The notes: generated by a model from the letters alone, not told the origin. Counted from the stretch's first letter, positions 24,912-39,426 are shown. The stretch is 64,000 nt of DNA from Octopus vulgaris (GCA_951406725.2 OX597826.1:53010001-53074000); one strand, 5' to 3'. Made by a program: numbers and translations.

Positions 24912-25105
24912 AGGTAGGTAACTGGCAGAATCGTTAACTCCTCTGACGAAATACTGGCATTTCTTCCAGCTCTTTATGCTCTGAGTTCAAATCCCACCGT
25001 GGTCGACTATGCTTTTCATCCTTTTAGAGTCGATAAAATGAAGGAACCGTCAAGTAATGACTCAATATAATCGACTAGTCTCCTTCCCTCAGAACTATTG
25101 AACAT
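24912..25105 (+). mobile_element. SINE family A
   Basis: Same head, B box and CTTTTCATCCTTTT..GTCGATAAA core. Confidence 0.75.
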
Positions 25106-25969
25106 GAACTCTGCAACGTTAATTTCCCGCTCAGGGGAAATGTTGTAATCTCGGTCATTTATACGCTAAGTAAACCGGTAACTGACCGTGTGATTCCTAG
25201 GGCGCTAGGGAAATGAAAAATTTAATGAACCACAATGGACAACAGTGTGAATTCAGCATCTGAGTAATCATGTAAATCAAATTGGAGCTTAGAGATTTGG
25301 ATATTTGAATAACTATAAGGCACCTTGGTTAAAATAATCATTATGAATAGTGGAAATAACATATAAATAGATCAGAATAAACAATGAACATTGAACAAAA
25401 CCTGAAAACGACATGTCGATAGCTGTCTGTGTATAGCCTACAAACTCTTAATGCAATATTATCACAGAGAATAATTATTCAGAAAACAACAAATTCAAAA
25501 GCAGAGCAACGGTGATATCGAAACGATTCAAATGGTTCTTAAAAGCCAAGTATAATTAACAAAATTAGAACTGAATATTGTCTGAAAATGGTATCGATTG
25601 ATTATTAGTAACCGCTCCTTATTGAATATCACCCTCGAATTCCAAAAACATCAGGAGCAAACATAATATCTATAATAAACTGGTACATCAAACATGTTAA
25701 GAAAAATTTAGAAAACTTTGAGCAAAGAAAAAATTAGAAAAACGGACAGCACACATAATTTGTACTTCTTTGCCTGGCGTATACATCATTAACCACCATC
25801 TTTAAACAAATATAAATTTAACTGAGATGTATGGGATGAAAATCTTTTGTTTTGTAAATCAACTTTTGTATACACATTAGCGATTTGTTAAATCATCTAT
25901 AAATGTCTATGGTGAATACATATATACTCATAATCGACCTTTTTTCGAGTAGAGTGCGTATTGTGAAAA

Positions 25970-26046
25970 ATTTATGGTTATGGACAATGTGTCTAATTTC
26001 GGCATATTTGGCATTAGAAATTTTTTCGTTTGCCCTTATTTATAAG
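25970..26046. repeat. Terminal fragment of the 45362-46318 family, next to (TA)n
   Basis: TATGGTTA..GTCTAATTTCGGCATATTTGGCA..TTTGCCCTTATTTATAAG matches 45743-45817. Confidence 0.65.
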
Positions 26047-26047
26047 T

Positions 26048-26083
<36 letters not shown>

Positions 26084-26519
26084 TGCATGAATATCACGTC
26101 AAATATTATATAACAATCATTCAAGTAGAACTTTCGATGTTTACAAACCAAAGTTATGTTTTACTATTTTAAGTAATTTGCGATATTATGTTTAATGTAG
26201 TATTAACCAGTAGCCGCCATTAAAATATATTAATCAATGGTTCCGATTTGATTAACCATAAGACATGAATGTATTTAATTGAACATTGTCAGCATGAAAT
26301 TTATCGATCACATGGAAAGTCTAATGTAATCACTACCTCAAATGAATATCATTCTGTTTTGAACAAATATTTCACTCCTGATGTGCCATACATTTTAACA
26401 GAGACAATGTGTCGCGTGTACCAGTGTCAAAACAGTGTCTCGATTTCATGATCTCCAATGTTTCCGTCCTCTTCCTTTTGTTTTCTTACGAATTTGTTTA
26501 GGTAGCATGTTTCATTCAA

Positions 26520-26705
26520 TTTATCATCACCATCATCATCATCATCGTTGTCGTCGTCGCCATCGTCGTCGTCGCCATCGTCGTCGTCGTCATCATCATC
26601 ACCAACGCCATCATCATTATTTTTATCATCATCCTCATCCTCAACATTGTCATCATCATCATCAGCGTCGTTGTCGTCGTTGTCATCATCATCATTGTTA
26701 TTATT
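26520..26705. repeat. (CAT)n/(CGT)n trinucleotide tract
   Basis: Directly visible; it produces the poly-D and poly-H ORFs. Confidence 0.9.
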
Positions 26706-26706
26706 A

Positions 26707-26923
26707 AGGTAGTAGACTGGTTGAATCGTTAGTATGCCGGACAAAATGCTTAAGGACATTTCCTCCGTCTTTACGTTCTGAGTTCAAATTCCGCCGCGGT
26801 TGACATTGCTTTTCATCCTTTCGAGGTCGATAAAATAAGCACCAGCCGAGCACTGGGATCAATGTATTCTGTTTACCCCCATCCACCTCGAAATTGCTGC
26901 ACCTTGTGCCAAAATTTGAAACA

Positions 26924-26988
<65 letters not shown>

Positions 26989-27118
26989 TACTAAAGTAGT
27001 GAGCTGGTAGAATTGTCAGCACGCCAGACAAAATGTTGCGCGAATTTTGCTCAGTCTTTATGCCTTGAGTTCAAATTCCGCCGAAATTAACTTTGCCGTT
27101 CACACATTTATTATCATA

Positions 27119-27168
<50 letters not shown>

Positions 27169-27440
27169 TACTACTACTACTACTATTAAAATTAATACTA
27201 CTGCTTCTACTGTTACTACTATTACGACTATTATAAGGGAGCAGATTGGTAGAACCGTTAGCACGCTGGATAAAATGCTTTGCGGCATTTCGTCTTCCTG
27301 TGTTTAAATGCCACCGAACTCCCCTCTATCTTCATCTTTTTAGGATCAATTGAAATAAAATACGTGTTCGTTACTGGAGTCCATGAAAGTGACTCGTCCG
27401 CTCCTTTGAACTTTGCTGGTTTTGTGCAAAAACATTTAGA
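26707..27440 (+). mobile_element. Three SINE family A copies (26707-26923, 26995-27105, 27236-27440) separated by (ATT)n
   Basis: Repeated GAGCTGG/GACTGG..AGAATCGTTAGC heads and GAGTTCAAATTCCGCC in two of the copies. Confidence 0.75.
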
Positions 27441-27809
27441 AGACTTATTAATATAGCCATCACTCTCTGTAAGGCAGGCTTGGCTTACCGTGACTGCTGA
27501 TGCCCAGACACGCGTTGAAACCACACTACCGACAGATTTTCCTGGATATTGAGCCGTTGTGGTCCCGTTTTTAAGACACGTCTTTCCGCAGCTAATCACT
27601 TTGACAGATCTCCTTTCTGAGTAAAGAAAACCCAAAGATAGGGCACCTGGCATTTGAAATGTCTTCAGATATTCACTGCCTACGTTACCAATATACAGAG
27701 ATCTAATGGAAATAAGAGCGATGACGTTCTCGGGAAACTCTGGGCGTCGACAAGGGCGAACTAGTTGGTCGGTTTTGGAAGACTTTTGGATCGAGAACTA
27801 CCATGGATA

Positions 27810-28084
27810 ACTTCCTGGAAAAATGGAGACCACCTCCTCCTGTGGGATGAAGTTTAAATAATAGACAGAGAACACCACTGGAAAATACGAAAACTAAAAG
27901 CAGCACATATGCCAGGACACAACAACCTCCTAAGCAGACCGAGTGCAGATATGAACAGCATAAGGAAGGATAGGCGAATATTAGATTTATAAGCCCTAAA
28001 ATTCACTCCATAGTTGCCCAAGGGCATATGGCATAGTGGTTAAGAGCGTGGGCTACTAACCCCAGGATTCCGAGTGACCTGAAT

Positions 28085-28135
<51 letters not shown>

Positions 28136-28295
28136 GAAAAATACCTTAGGAATGAGAACTCAGGTTCGAAATTTTCCCAAGACACCTGATGAAGGCTGGA
28201 GGGAATATCAACCGAAACAAACATGAAGACAAATATCCGTCAAATGTAAATAACGTAAATAATGTACATAATTCCTCATCTCTTAAATATAGAAT
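27810..28295 (+). mobile_element. Penelope-like 3' end: GIY-YIG C-terminus followed by a tRNA-like segment, (AAT)n and a truncated HHR
   Basis: Translates HLLLWDEV*IIDREHHWKIRKLK.AAHM, followed by TGGCATAGTGGTTAAGAGCG (A-box-like) and GACAC-CTGATGA-A-GGCTG..CAACC-GAAAC at 28181-28218. Confidence 0.6.
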
Positions 28296-28299
28296 TTTA

Positions 28300-29065
28300 T
28301 TATTTTTTATTACATGAGAAAATGAAAGTAAATCTTCATATTTCAATATAAGCACCAGTAGCGAGAACCAGTCCGGGATATCAGTAAGAACCTCCTGAAT
28401 CTGTGTATCCAAGTCCTCCAGTGTGCGAGGTTTAGTTTGGTACACCTCATCTACTATGTAACCCCACAGGTATAAATTACATGGAGTGAGATCTGGACTT
28501 CTGGACTTCTGCAGTTACAGCCTTCAGGTTTTAGCTCCTGCACGTAATGGGGTTTCCACGGACGAAAATTCAATTCTTTATGCAACACCGTACGTATTGT
28601 GTGTCTTGTTAGTTCACTTTTACGAGCTGCTTGAAGTATTGATTTCTGGGGGCTGCAATTCAATATTTCTTGTATTATTGCCACATTCTCCACTGATCGG
28701 GATGTGATTGAACGACCACTTCTTGCATTGTTCACAGAACCCGTGGTCATCAGCTTTGCTTAACAACTTTTTATTGTCTCCGGACGTAGCGTTGCACGCT
28801 TACCTTTCCATGCACGCCACCATCTCTGAACTAAAACAATGGAATTCCACACTCCATAGCGTGCTGCTATCTTAGCTCACATCTGAACAGTCAAGCAACC
28901 GGAAATCTGGAAAATAAGAAATAAGAAATAAGGCAATAAAAACATAAGAAATCCCCATTAGTGTTGTCAGGACTTCATTGAAATCCCCATTAGTTTCGTC
29001 AGGACTTCATTGATCTAAAAATTCTATTAGCAATTTCTAATGCCTAGTTACTTTCCGCCACCCTG
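28300..29065 (-). mobile_element. Tc1/mariner-superfamily transposon relic with internal deletion
   Basis: Minus strand TTGSV..RSGR..TSRS.EN, PWKPHYVQELKP, SPDLTPCNLYLWGY and YQTKPRTLEDL; terminus TA|CAGGGTGGCGGAAAG at 29065. Confidence 0.75.
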
Positions 29066-30168
29066 TATATATGCTGCTTCAATGAGATTATAATTATTAA
29101 AATTGTTTTCCCTAGTTTAAGAGCATGGGTTTACCCCTGATGTACGTGTGCGTATTTAGACAGAATAAAGAAAAATTAATGCAGCTAAATATTTTTTTCT
29201 CACTCTGCTCTTCAATTTTTGGCCTTAGAGGTTCCTTTTTTATCCAAAAGCTGATTGATATTCAGAATTCAATGTCGCTATACGGAAAGCGGAATTCCGC
29301 TTAGAAACCTTCAAAATTCCCTGTCGGAAGCAACAGACTTCTATCATTAACAAACCAGATGAGTCTGTAGTCTGTAGAATTCTTAGCAAACAGCCATTAA
29401 TTGAAAATCTTCGTTTCTAAGTTAATATTTCAGTTCATTTTCTTTTTTAAAACATTTAAAATGATGATGTAGGAAACGCCACTTATATGAACCTTGAATC
29501 ATTTGGCATTTTATATCTATACAAAAGGTTTTATCAGCTATTTAGATGTATCAAATAGCTTAAGCAGACTAACAGAACAAAAGTTATGTAGTGAAATAAA
29601 ACAATATAATAGTATTTATTTTTTCATTTTTTCATCTGATTTTTAATTTTAGACGAAAAGCTGAATTATATTGAGAAAAATCATCTAATTTTTATTGTTA
29701 TTCCTGAAAACAAAAATGAGTTTAGAAACGAAACTGATTGGCAAGAACAATGTAAAATGCCTACTCTCGTGACGAATGAAAGGTTTCAGAAATTACTGGT
29801 ACTACTATTCTTTTATATATGAAGATTTTCAATCGTCTTTCGGGCCTCAGTAAAGGGGTTGTAATTAAAAATTTAAGCTAAAAAACTAAAAAGTAAAGTA
29901 TCTTTCACTTAACTACTAAACAATAACTATACATGTTTAAACATACATACCTGCGCATAAAGTGGCAGATACACACGCACACTCATATGTGCATACATTC
30001 ATCCATGTACATGTCTTCGTATACACGCATATGTGTACGTATAGATATCTACATGTATGTGATAGTTTCTCTCATGGCAACAACCGCAGTAAAGCTTGTT
30101 CTTATAGAACATCCACCTTTAAGTGGGGATAAATATATTACTTCGCGATATTAATACTGCCTCTGTCA

Positions 30169-30314
<146 letters not shown>

Positions 30315-30321
30315 CATATAT

Positions 30322-30503
30322 ATGACTTCGTGTGTACCGTTGGTGATTTTTTTCGTCTGTCTTCCCTGCTCCTATCTTCCCGACGAAGAGCTCCGCTCGA
30401 AACGTTGTACCCTCCGTCTTCCCTTCTTTCCTGAGCGTCCAATAATACTATATTTGTTCCACGTCCTCGCGTTGTTGTGTTTTTTGTGTTTTCTTGTTTG
30501 GAT

Positions 30504-30508
<5 letters not shown>
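30322..30508 (+). mobile_element. Family E HHR-bearing element (subfamily 2) between (TA)n tracts
   Basis: CCGACGA-A-GAGC TCC GCTC-GAAA-CGTT at 30380-30406; reverse-complement homolog of 42738-42943. Confidence 0.7.
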
Positions 30509-30557
<49 letters not shown>

Positions 30558-30609
30558 CAAGCTAACTAGCTAATCGCAACACTAGTACCTGTTCTGTCAC
30601 TGTCAATCT

Positions 30610-30752
30610 GTATAGCGCTGGTGGGGAAATGTATCGCTGCTATCTCTAGCGGTCGAGTGCCCATCATTGATAAGACCAAATCAGGTCGAAATCACGTGAC
30701 CTGAGGTCTCGCCACAGGAGATAGCAGAGACTTATCTCCTCGCAAGCGATAT
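30610..30752. repeat. MITE-like imperfect inverted repeat
   Basis: TATAGCGCT..CTGCTATCTC versus GAGATAGCAG..AGCGATATA. Confidence 0.4.
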
Positions 30753-32837
30753 AACCAAGAGTGCAAAAAGCCAATGTAAAAGTTTCTGTCATGGCAACTA
30801 CTGCAGTAAAGAGTGTTCTAATAGAACAGCCACGTATAAATGGAGATAAATATTACCTCTAAATAAGCATATGTACACGTACAAGTATTTTTACATTTAT
30901 ATATTAATATGTATTATACGTAGACGCATATGAATACATACACGCGAACATGCACTCACACTTACAGGCATGCGTAGAAAATTTATTCACACGAGAAATT
31001 TGTACGTTTAATGATAACACACAACGACACAGAAAACGATACGTATAAACACGCATGCACAGCCATATAACAACACATGTGGTTTTCTCTGTATTATCTA
31101 CTCTTTCTTCCTTTCCCTCTTCTCAAGATTTTTCTTCTATCCATCGAAGATCCATGCTCGAAACGTCATATCTATTTTTCCATCTAAAACGTTTAGTAAG
31201 TGTCAATCTGATATATTCACTGTGTACGGCCACTAATTATTTAGAAGTTTTTTTTGTGTCTACATACATGTACACACAATTTCCTATGGGTGACTCTTTT
31301 TGCTCAGTAACATGAGGCAATGAAGGGGCTTCCACATGCTCTTTTAGCATGCTACAAGTGGAAGTCACATCGCTTTCAAATAACATTATATCGTCTTGAA
31401 GAGAAAGCAACATTCGATAATATCGTTCTGGGAAAGCTGAGCTGTTTCTAAGATAGAGACGTTCATCACATTTATGTTTGATCGCTAATGACGCGTCTCC
31501 AGCGCTGGTTGACCTGCTAAGAATAGCAACCAAAGATGCATGGAGTCACACCCTACAGTTTTGAGAAAGACTGTAGTATGGAATTTAGTCCCTCATTTCT
31601 TATATACAAAAAGATATCTCGATTGGAAGATTTTAATAAAAAGATGTTTTTTGCTATCTGTCAGATCTCTCCAGGTATTAATGAACAGCTTGCTTTCGAG
31701 AGAACGAGAAACCATATGTGTCCGTAATTTTCAACTGTTTCTTGGCCGTTTATAACATCGGCTACATTATTTTGTTATTTTGTCAAAGTGTTATCTTTGA
31801 GATACCTTGTTAGTGCTAATCATTCATACTATTCGTCTGAAAGAAACTTTAAATCGATTTAAAACTTAATATTTGCTTTATTATTATATGGTGACTGTAT
31901 GCATATGCTTCTGTTTAAATCAGAACAAGGACGAGATAAAGTTAATTGGAAGAGAAAGAGAAGCGAGAGCATTATGTTTTGTTTTGATTTCTAAAAATTT
32001 TGAATATGAATATTGAAAATGAAAGGAAAATTAAATTTTACTGCCTGCCTGTTAATTTTTTCACTTGTTATTACGTATTTTTATCTTTATTTTCATTTTC
32101 ATGAATTTTCAAGTAAAACGTGTTTTGAGTCTCGTGTGAATTCAAATCAGCTAAAAAAAAATGAGAAAATGAAATCTAATGGACAAGTTTAAGTTGGAAC
32201 CATTTTAAAAGTGTGGCAGCTATTTGCCTTCAATGTTATTCGTTTAAAAATGCGATGTCATTTTATCTGTGCTTTCGTGAACAGATCGGTCTTACGAACC
32301 TACAGAAGCCAACAGCTCAGCAAGCAGTTTGGTTCGATAACGACAAAACGAACCAACCTCTAAATCTTGAATGTCTTTCTCTTAGAGGATTCAAATCGTA
32401 TCCCTGAATAGAGGATAGCTTTATATCTTGATGCACTGTTGCCTCCAGTAGCATGACATAAGAATTCCTTCCATTCATCCTTTAGCACTCTAGTTTCGAT
32501 ACCTACAAAGGTCATGGGCGCTGCACTTCTTCCTCCAAATACTTATGCCATAAAATACTATTTTTTAAAATATACTTCATTATATCTAGTTGATAAAATC
32601 TATAATTGAGTAGCATTATTTTTAGATATCAATATATACATTTCATTGATTCACAATCTCATATTTACGAGTATGTATATGCCAATATCAATCCGTATGA
32701 GATAGGCTTAGGAGAATGTGTGTATATATCTAAGAGACAACAGTAACAGGTGAAGGTGGAGGCTATAATGAATAAAGCATCACTCTTTTAGAGTATGAAA
32801 TTCTCTGTAATGATTTTCAATGTTTTATAGCATTTTA

Positions 32838-33052
32838 AGGGGCGAGCTGGCAGAATCGTTAGCACGCCGAGCAAAATGCTTAGCGTTATTTCGTCGGTCT
32901 TTACCTTCTGGGTTCAAATGCCACCCAAATCGTATTTTGCCGTTCATCCCTTCGAGGTCGATAAAAGAAGTACCGGTTGAGCACTGGAGTCGATGTAATT
33001 GACTTAGCCTTTACTCCGAAATTGCTGGCCTTGTACCAAAATTTGAATCCAA
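32838..33052 (+). mobile_element. SINE family A
   Basis: GGCGAGCTGGCAGAATCGTTAGCACGCC head and core. Confidence 0.8.
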
Positions 33053-33473
33053 TACTTTTCTGCATGAATAATACGCCATAATTCAGCTATTTTAAAAGAT
33101 AATTTAATATTCCTAATGTAAAAGAAAAATATTCAAATTATGTCTCACTTGCTATATTCGGTTCGATTTTCAATCAGAAACGACATCTACAAACAGTCAA
33201 ACTCACAATGGAAGAGACGATAATTACCTATCATAGAGATGTATTCGTATTATGAACTTCAATTCATGTCGAGCTACATTAAATCGCATGTTTATTTCCG
33301 TATGTTTGTATTTTATAAGTTTTACATGAGCGTGTGAACAAAGTTTATAGAACCTCGTGGGACTTGAAACAAGAAATAGAATTTCACATTTTAATATTAA
33401 CTGTAGAACTTCTTAATGTGTGAAAGAAGTATATATATATGTGAGTGTGTGTGTGTGTGTGTATGCGTGCGTG

Positions 33474-33569
<96 letters not shown>

Positions 33570-34613
33570 TGAGTATGAACACTTCGAGGCATATTAAGTG
33601 TAGTTTTGAAATGAAAATAATTACTAACTGTCAACGTAAACCAGTACAAGTTTATCATAAAATCGTGAAGTTTGCATAATATCTATCAGTATAAATTCTA
33701 TCTAAACATAACCATTAAAGCTAATACTAAGTTCTTATAATATAAATCTTATTATATAAGTCTCTTATCTTATAGACGCCTACGAAACCATAGGAATCAT
33801 AACGTAACCAGTATTATCTCCCAGACAACTTACATGTAGAATTACACCACTATCCTTATTCATTTAATATGTGCCAGTTGCCAGGAATTTGTTTAATATG
33901 GAAATTGGTCTATCCAATTGTGTTACACCGCTAAACTTTTTGAGTATTTAAACAATGTATTTGTGGATAGTTGACGTGTTGGATGTGATGCTGATGAAAG
34001 TGTAATAATTCTTGAAACATGTATATTCAGTACACCCCATATCTATTTTTTTATATATTCGATCGCATTCTTTGCATAAATATATTCGTTTATGAAAGTT
34101 CGTAATTTGCAGTGCCAGCTCTAAATTCTATAGAAAATCTAGACAAACTATAAAAAAGATGAGAAAATCGCACTGTAAACACAATGACACAACATTTACT
34201 TGTAAACCTGTAGTATACAGTTGTTGCAAAACGAAACGCAGTGTCCTTGCCAGCGATTCATAACTATGAAATAGCAACTAAACATTGTCATTAATCCAAA
34301 CAACTCTAGCCTTGTGATCATTATATCATGCGTAAGATTATTTCAAATGATGACATGGCATCTTTAAATATATGCTTCAGCCTGTATAAGCTTTTGTCAC
34401 GATCTTCATACAACTTGGCTATATTTGCTGCATACACACACACAACACATACGCACGCACGCACACACACACACACACACAAACATACATACATACACAT
34501 ACATTTTATGCGTAGTTCAGCTTTTCTCTGTGATAACCTGTCAATTTATCCATACTTATCCGAGATGATGTTATGAAAACTTCACCGAAACGGGAGAGAA
34601 ATATTTTTAGTTA

Positions 34614-35571
34614 TGTAGGGACCTCGCTCGGCGCTGCCTAAGATTTGAATCTAAATCTATCCGTATGTTGCTTGTCAAAACAAGCAGGAAATCCACCCCA
34701 CACCAGGTGATTGATGAGGTAACACTTGACTCTCAAGGACCTGTGCTGGTCAAGAAAAGGTCAGTTCTTTGTTTAGGGTTTAACCTATATTACTGACCAT
34801 AGTCTATATAATAAAGAGCATTTCCTATCTCTTTCTCTTTTGTGTCAGTCAGACCAAAGAGCAATACCCTCTTTTGTGTCAGCCATGACCAAGCAATTGT
34901 AGCGGCTGAAGTGACATGCCATATCAGGTCGATATGATGTAGCCCACTACCAAATCTAGCGTGTAGGTGTAACGCTTGAGGGTTCTCGCATCCGAGTAAC
35001 CAGTAAACATCGAAGAATCGATACCAAGAAGGAAGAAATATTATTTACATATATTTATTCGTTTGCCCGACAGGTAGTTAGAGAGTCAGTAGTAATTTTA
35101 GTGATAATGACAAAAAGGTTGGCTCGCTGGTTAGTAGATGATAGTGTAGAAGTTGCTGTCAGTAGAGAGTGAAAAAATAAGGAATGCACGGTGCTGACTA
35201 GAAAGGAAGAAAGGATAAAGATGGCATTGTCTTTCTTGCGGCCGAAAGCTTCTCTTCGTATATCGAGCGATGGGCGAAGGGAAGTGCTGCTCTTGGTCAT
35301 TGCAGATGCAGAAGAGGATGCTGCTCCTTGATCTGGCTGACACAAAAGAGGAAGAGGTCGGAAATGATCTCTGTTACATAGACTATCGTCAGTAATGTAG
35401 GTCAAACCTTAAACAAAGGACTGACATTTCTTTAACCAGCAGAGGTCCTTGGGGTTCAAGTGTTTCCTCATCATTCACCTGGTGTGGAGTGGATTTCCCG
35501 CTTGTTTTGACAAGCAGCAAGTGGGTAGATTTGGTTTCAAATCTCAGGCAGGACCATACGAGGTCTCTACA
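34614..35571. mobile_element. Non-autonomous long-TIR DNA transposon, Ginger-like (TGT..ACA, 4-bp TSD GTTA)
   Basis: ~260-bp diverged TIRs (34614-34875 and ~35312-35571); GTTA at 34610-34613 and 35572-35575. Confidence 0.7.
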
Positions 35572-35591
35572 GTTATATGTGTACAAAGAAA

Positions 35592-35822
35592 AGGCGGCGA
35601 GCTGGCAGAAACGTTAGCGCGCAGGACGAAATGCTTAGCGGTATTTCATCTGTCGTTACGTTCTGAGTTCAAATTCCGCCGAGGTCGACTTTGCCTTTCA
35701 TCCTTTCAGGGTCGATAAATAAAGTACCAGTTTCGCACTGGGGTCGATGTAATCGACTTAATCACTTTGTCTGTCCCTGTTTGTCCCCTCTATGTTTAGC
35801 CCCTTGAGGGTAGTAAAGAAAT
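35592..35822 (+). mobile_element. SINE family A, near full-length
   Basis: Complete head, B box, core and GTAGTAAAGAAATA tail. Confidence 0.85.
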
Positions 35823-35897
35823 ATATATTTGTACAAAGAAACGTAACCTCAATGAAATTCTATATAATCCGTCTCAGATTTACTATAGACATTGCGA

Positions 35898-36279
35898 GGG
35901 CACTCCGTCGGTTACGACGACGAGGGTTCCGGTTGATCCGAATCAACGAAACAGCCTGCTCGTGAAATTAACGTGTAAGTGGCTGAGCACTCCACAGACA
36001 CGTGTACCCTTAACGTAGTTCTCGGGGATATTCAGCGTGACACAGAGAATGACAAGGCCGGCCCTTTGAAATACAGGTACAACAGAAACAGGAAGTAAGA
36101 GTGAGAGAAAGTTGTGGTGAAAGAGTACAGCAGGGATCACCACCATCCCCTGCCGGAGCCTCGTGGAGCTTTAGGTGTTTTCGCTCAATAAACACTCACA
36201 ACGCCTGGTCTGGGAATCGAAACCGCGATCCTATGACCGCGAGTCCGCTGCCCTAACCACTGGGCCATTGCGCCTCCAC
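35898..36279 (-). mobile_element. tRNA-derived SINE family C
   Basis: Minus-strand TGGCCCAGTGGTTAGGGC A box and GGTTTCGATTCCC B box; near-identical to 50029-50410. Confidence 0.9.
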
Positions 36280-36793
36280 TACTATAGACATTATGCTATG
36301 AATAAAACCCCCGGAAGAATTTATGAGCGATACAAGGGGAGGCAGCTTAGATCCACGTATTTTAACAATTCACCTTATCAACGCAGCAACCATTTAAAGA
36401 AAACCGTTTTTTCCTCGCAATACTATTCTAAAAGTTCATGAGTAAATTAATAACTCTTAGTTTTGTGTTCAAATCTAATTAACAGGAATAGGAAGGGAAC
36501 ACAGTTTTTTTATATTTTACTTATACAGTAGTGATATATATGAGTTAAAACGAATTAAAAGTACAGGAATATGTGAAGGGAGTGTTGTCAGTTGAATATA
36601 TGTTTGTACTGTCACGATTTCATTAATACTGTCTTTTTTTGTTCCTCAACTATTTTCAGATATCGTAGCACCATGTGAAACGAGCAACAGAATGGAAGCC
36701 TCTTTCTGGAAATTTATCAAATGAACGCAGAAACCTTGTAAATAAACACACACGCAAACATGCACATGTATATAGACATATAGACATATAAAT

Positions 36794-36863
<70 letters not shown>

Positions 36864-36995
36864 GTCGCAAGATACATATTATACAACAACGTATAAACTC
36901 ATTTATAAGATAAAAACAGAGTTAACTGCAACAAGTTTCTTAACTCTTGTAAATTGTACCGTAAATAATTAAGGAACTAAACTACATATATCACC

Positions 36996-37860
36996 ATGGA
37001 TAATGATTTCAAACAATTAATAGCGAAATTAAATGATTCCGTTCTGATTGATAAACTGTTACAAGGAATGCATACTTCCTGGGAAGATTCTATGCAGCCT
37101 GATTTGAACCACATAAAACTTGGTCCGAAACGAGAGGAATTAACTAAGGTTATTCCCATGACAATTGTCTACAGCATAATATTTTTCACTGGAATTATAG
37201 GAAATGTGTGTACTTGTATTGTTATTGCTAAAGCAAAATATATGCGAACTACGACAAATATTTACTTGTTCAATTTGGCGGTTGCCGATTTACTTGTTCT
37301 TATTCTCGGCCTTCCTTTCGAGATCTACACATTTTGGTCAGCTTACCCTTGGATTTTCGGGGAGGCGTTTTGCTACCTCCGAAACATGGCATCTGAAACA
37401 ACAACATGCGCATCTGTTCTGACGATAACAGCATTCACAATTGAAAGATACATGGCATTTTGTCACCCGACAAAGGCGCCATCTATATCAAATTTAACTC
37501 GTGTTACTAAAATATTGGTAGTGATTTGGTTTCTTTCTGGATTACTCGCAATACCACTAACAGTTCAATTTGGTATTGTCTACGTAAAAGATGAAAAAAA
37601 TAAATCTATTAAAGAATCGGCTCAATGTACGCTGAAACAAATTGACCATTCCAGTCCACTCTTTGGTATTTCAGCGTTTTTGTTTTTCATTCTACCAATG
37701 ACCATTATTAGCGTTATGTATGTTTGTATTGCACTGGCTATTCGGAGGTCAACACTGCAGAGATCTCTTTCGGATCGTTCTGCTAATAGAAAAGGCTATC
37801 CAACATGCTTCCCAGGTGACAGGCAGAGTCAGGCCAGAAAAGCTGTCGTCAAAATGCTAG
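36996..37860 (+). CDS. PRXamide (pyrokinin/capa/neuromedin U) receptor-like GPCR, coding exon 1 (TM1-ICL3)
   Basis: GIIGN, TNIYLFNLAVADLL, YPWIFGEAFC, ERYMAFCHP, FFILPM; ends KML-G|GTGAGT, a phase 1 donor at 37861. Confidence 0.93.
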
Positions 37861-38378
37861 GTGAGTCAAAATCTTTTTCTTATTTCTGAAGAATTTAAAA
37901 TGATTTCCATTTCTTCCATAGATACAAGGTCATATGTTTGAATAAAATCACAGTCGTATAAATCAATTCCAGTATTTCGCAGATATTTGTTTTAACGTTA
38001 TTGGAATAGGGAAAACAATGTCGGCCCTGAAGGAAATTGAGCTCAGAAACATAAAGATAAGCAACTATATGGCGCGGCAGAGTGTATCCACCATTCTACT
38101 AACTGTGTTAAGTCATCATTTTTTAATCAACTTTAATAATATTAAATTGAATTCGATATTCTTGAGGGATATTGATACGTTTTGATATTATCTTTTGATC
38201 TTATTACTCTCACCGTCGTAATTATTTCCAACCATTTGTTAAATATTTTCGCCTCGTCGGTATATTTTCCTATTCAAAAAATTTGCATGAATTATATTTT
38301 CATACATATTCATAGACATATGCGTGTCGGTATACTTACATAAACATACAAGCGCACACATACACAAACACATACACA

Positions 38379-38422
<44 letters not shown>

Positions 38423-38781
38423 TCATTTAATGTACAAAGTATAAAGACACGAGCTACTAATAGTTTCTTGCTGTAAAAACGCGTGTCTAGGCAGGGTTTT
38501 ATAACACGTCTTGCATCTCAAAGCAATATCAAGGTTCTGAGCCTTGGTCTGTTCTCTTTGGAAATCAGGTCACAGGTACATGAGAACTCACAAGAAGAAA
38601 AACAGGAAGAAGTGTGATTTAAAATGTGGGAGGGTGAACAAAAATGGAAAAAGAAAAAGAAGGAAAAAGATTGGAGTTACGTACCCTTTGACCGTAAAAA
38701 TTAGTTGCTGTCGAATAATTCAACGGAGAGAGGGTCCAAATCTGTAAGATAGCTGTCAATTCAATAATAATAACAACAATA

Positions 38782-39425
<644 letters not shown>

Positions 39426-39426
39426 T

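Noticed and set aside
26427-26759. Acidic poly-Asp protein
   Set aside because: It is a trinucleotide repeat joined to an antisense SINE head.
31237-31755. Non-repetitive short ORFs as host exons
   Set aside because: No recognisable domain, no consistent splice frame, and overlapping ORFs on both strands.
36205-36279. tRNA genes here and at ~50335-50410, 28022-28075 and the family A/B heads
   Set aside because: The A and B boxes continue into shared SINE bodies present in multiple copies; no complete cloverleaf or terminator was confirmed.
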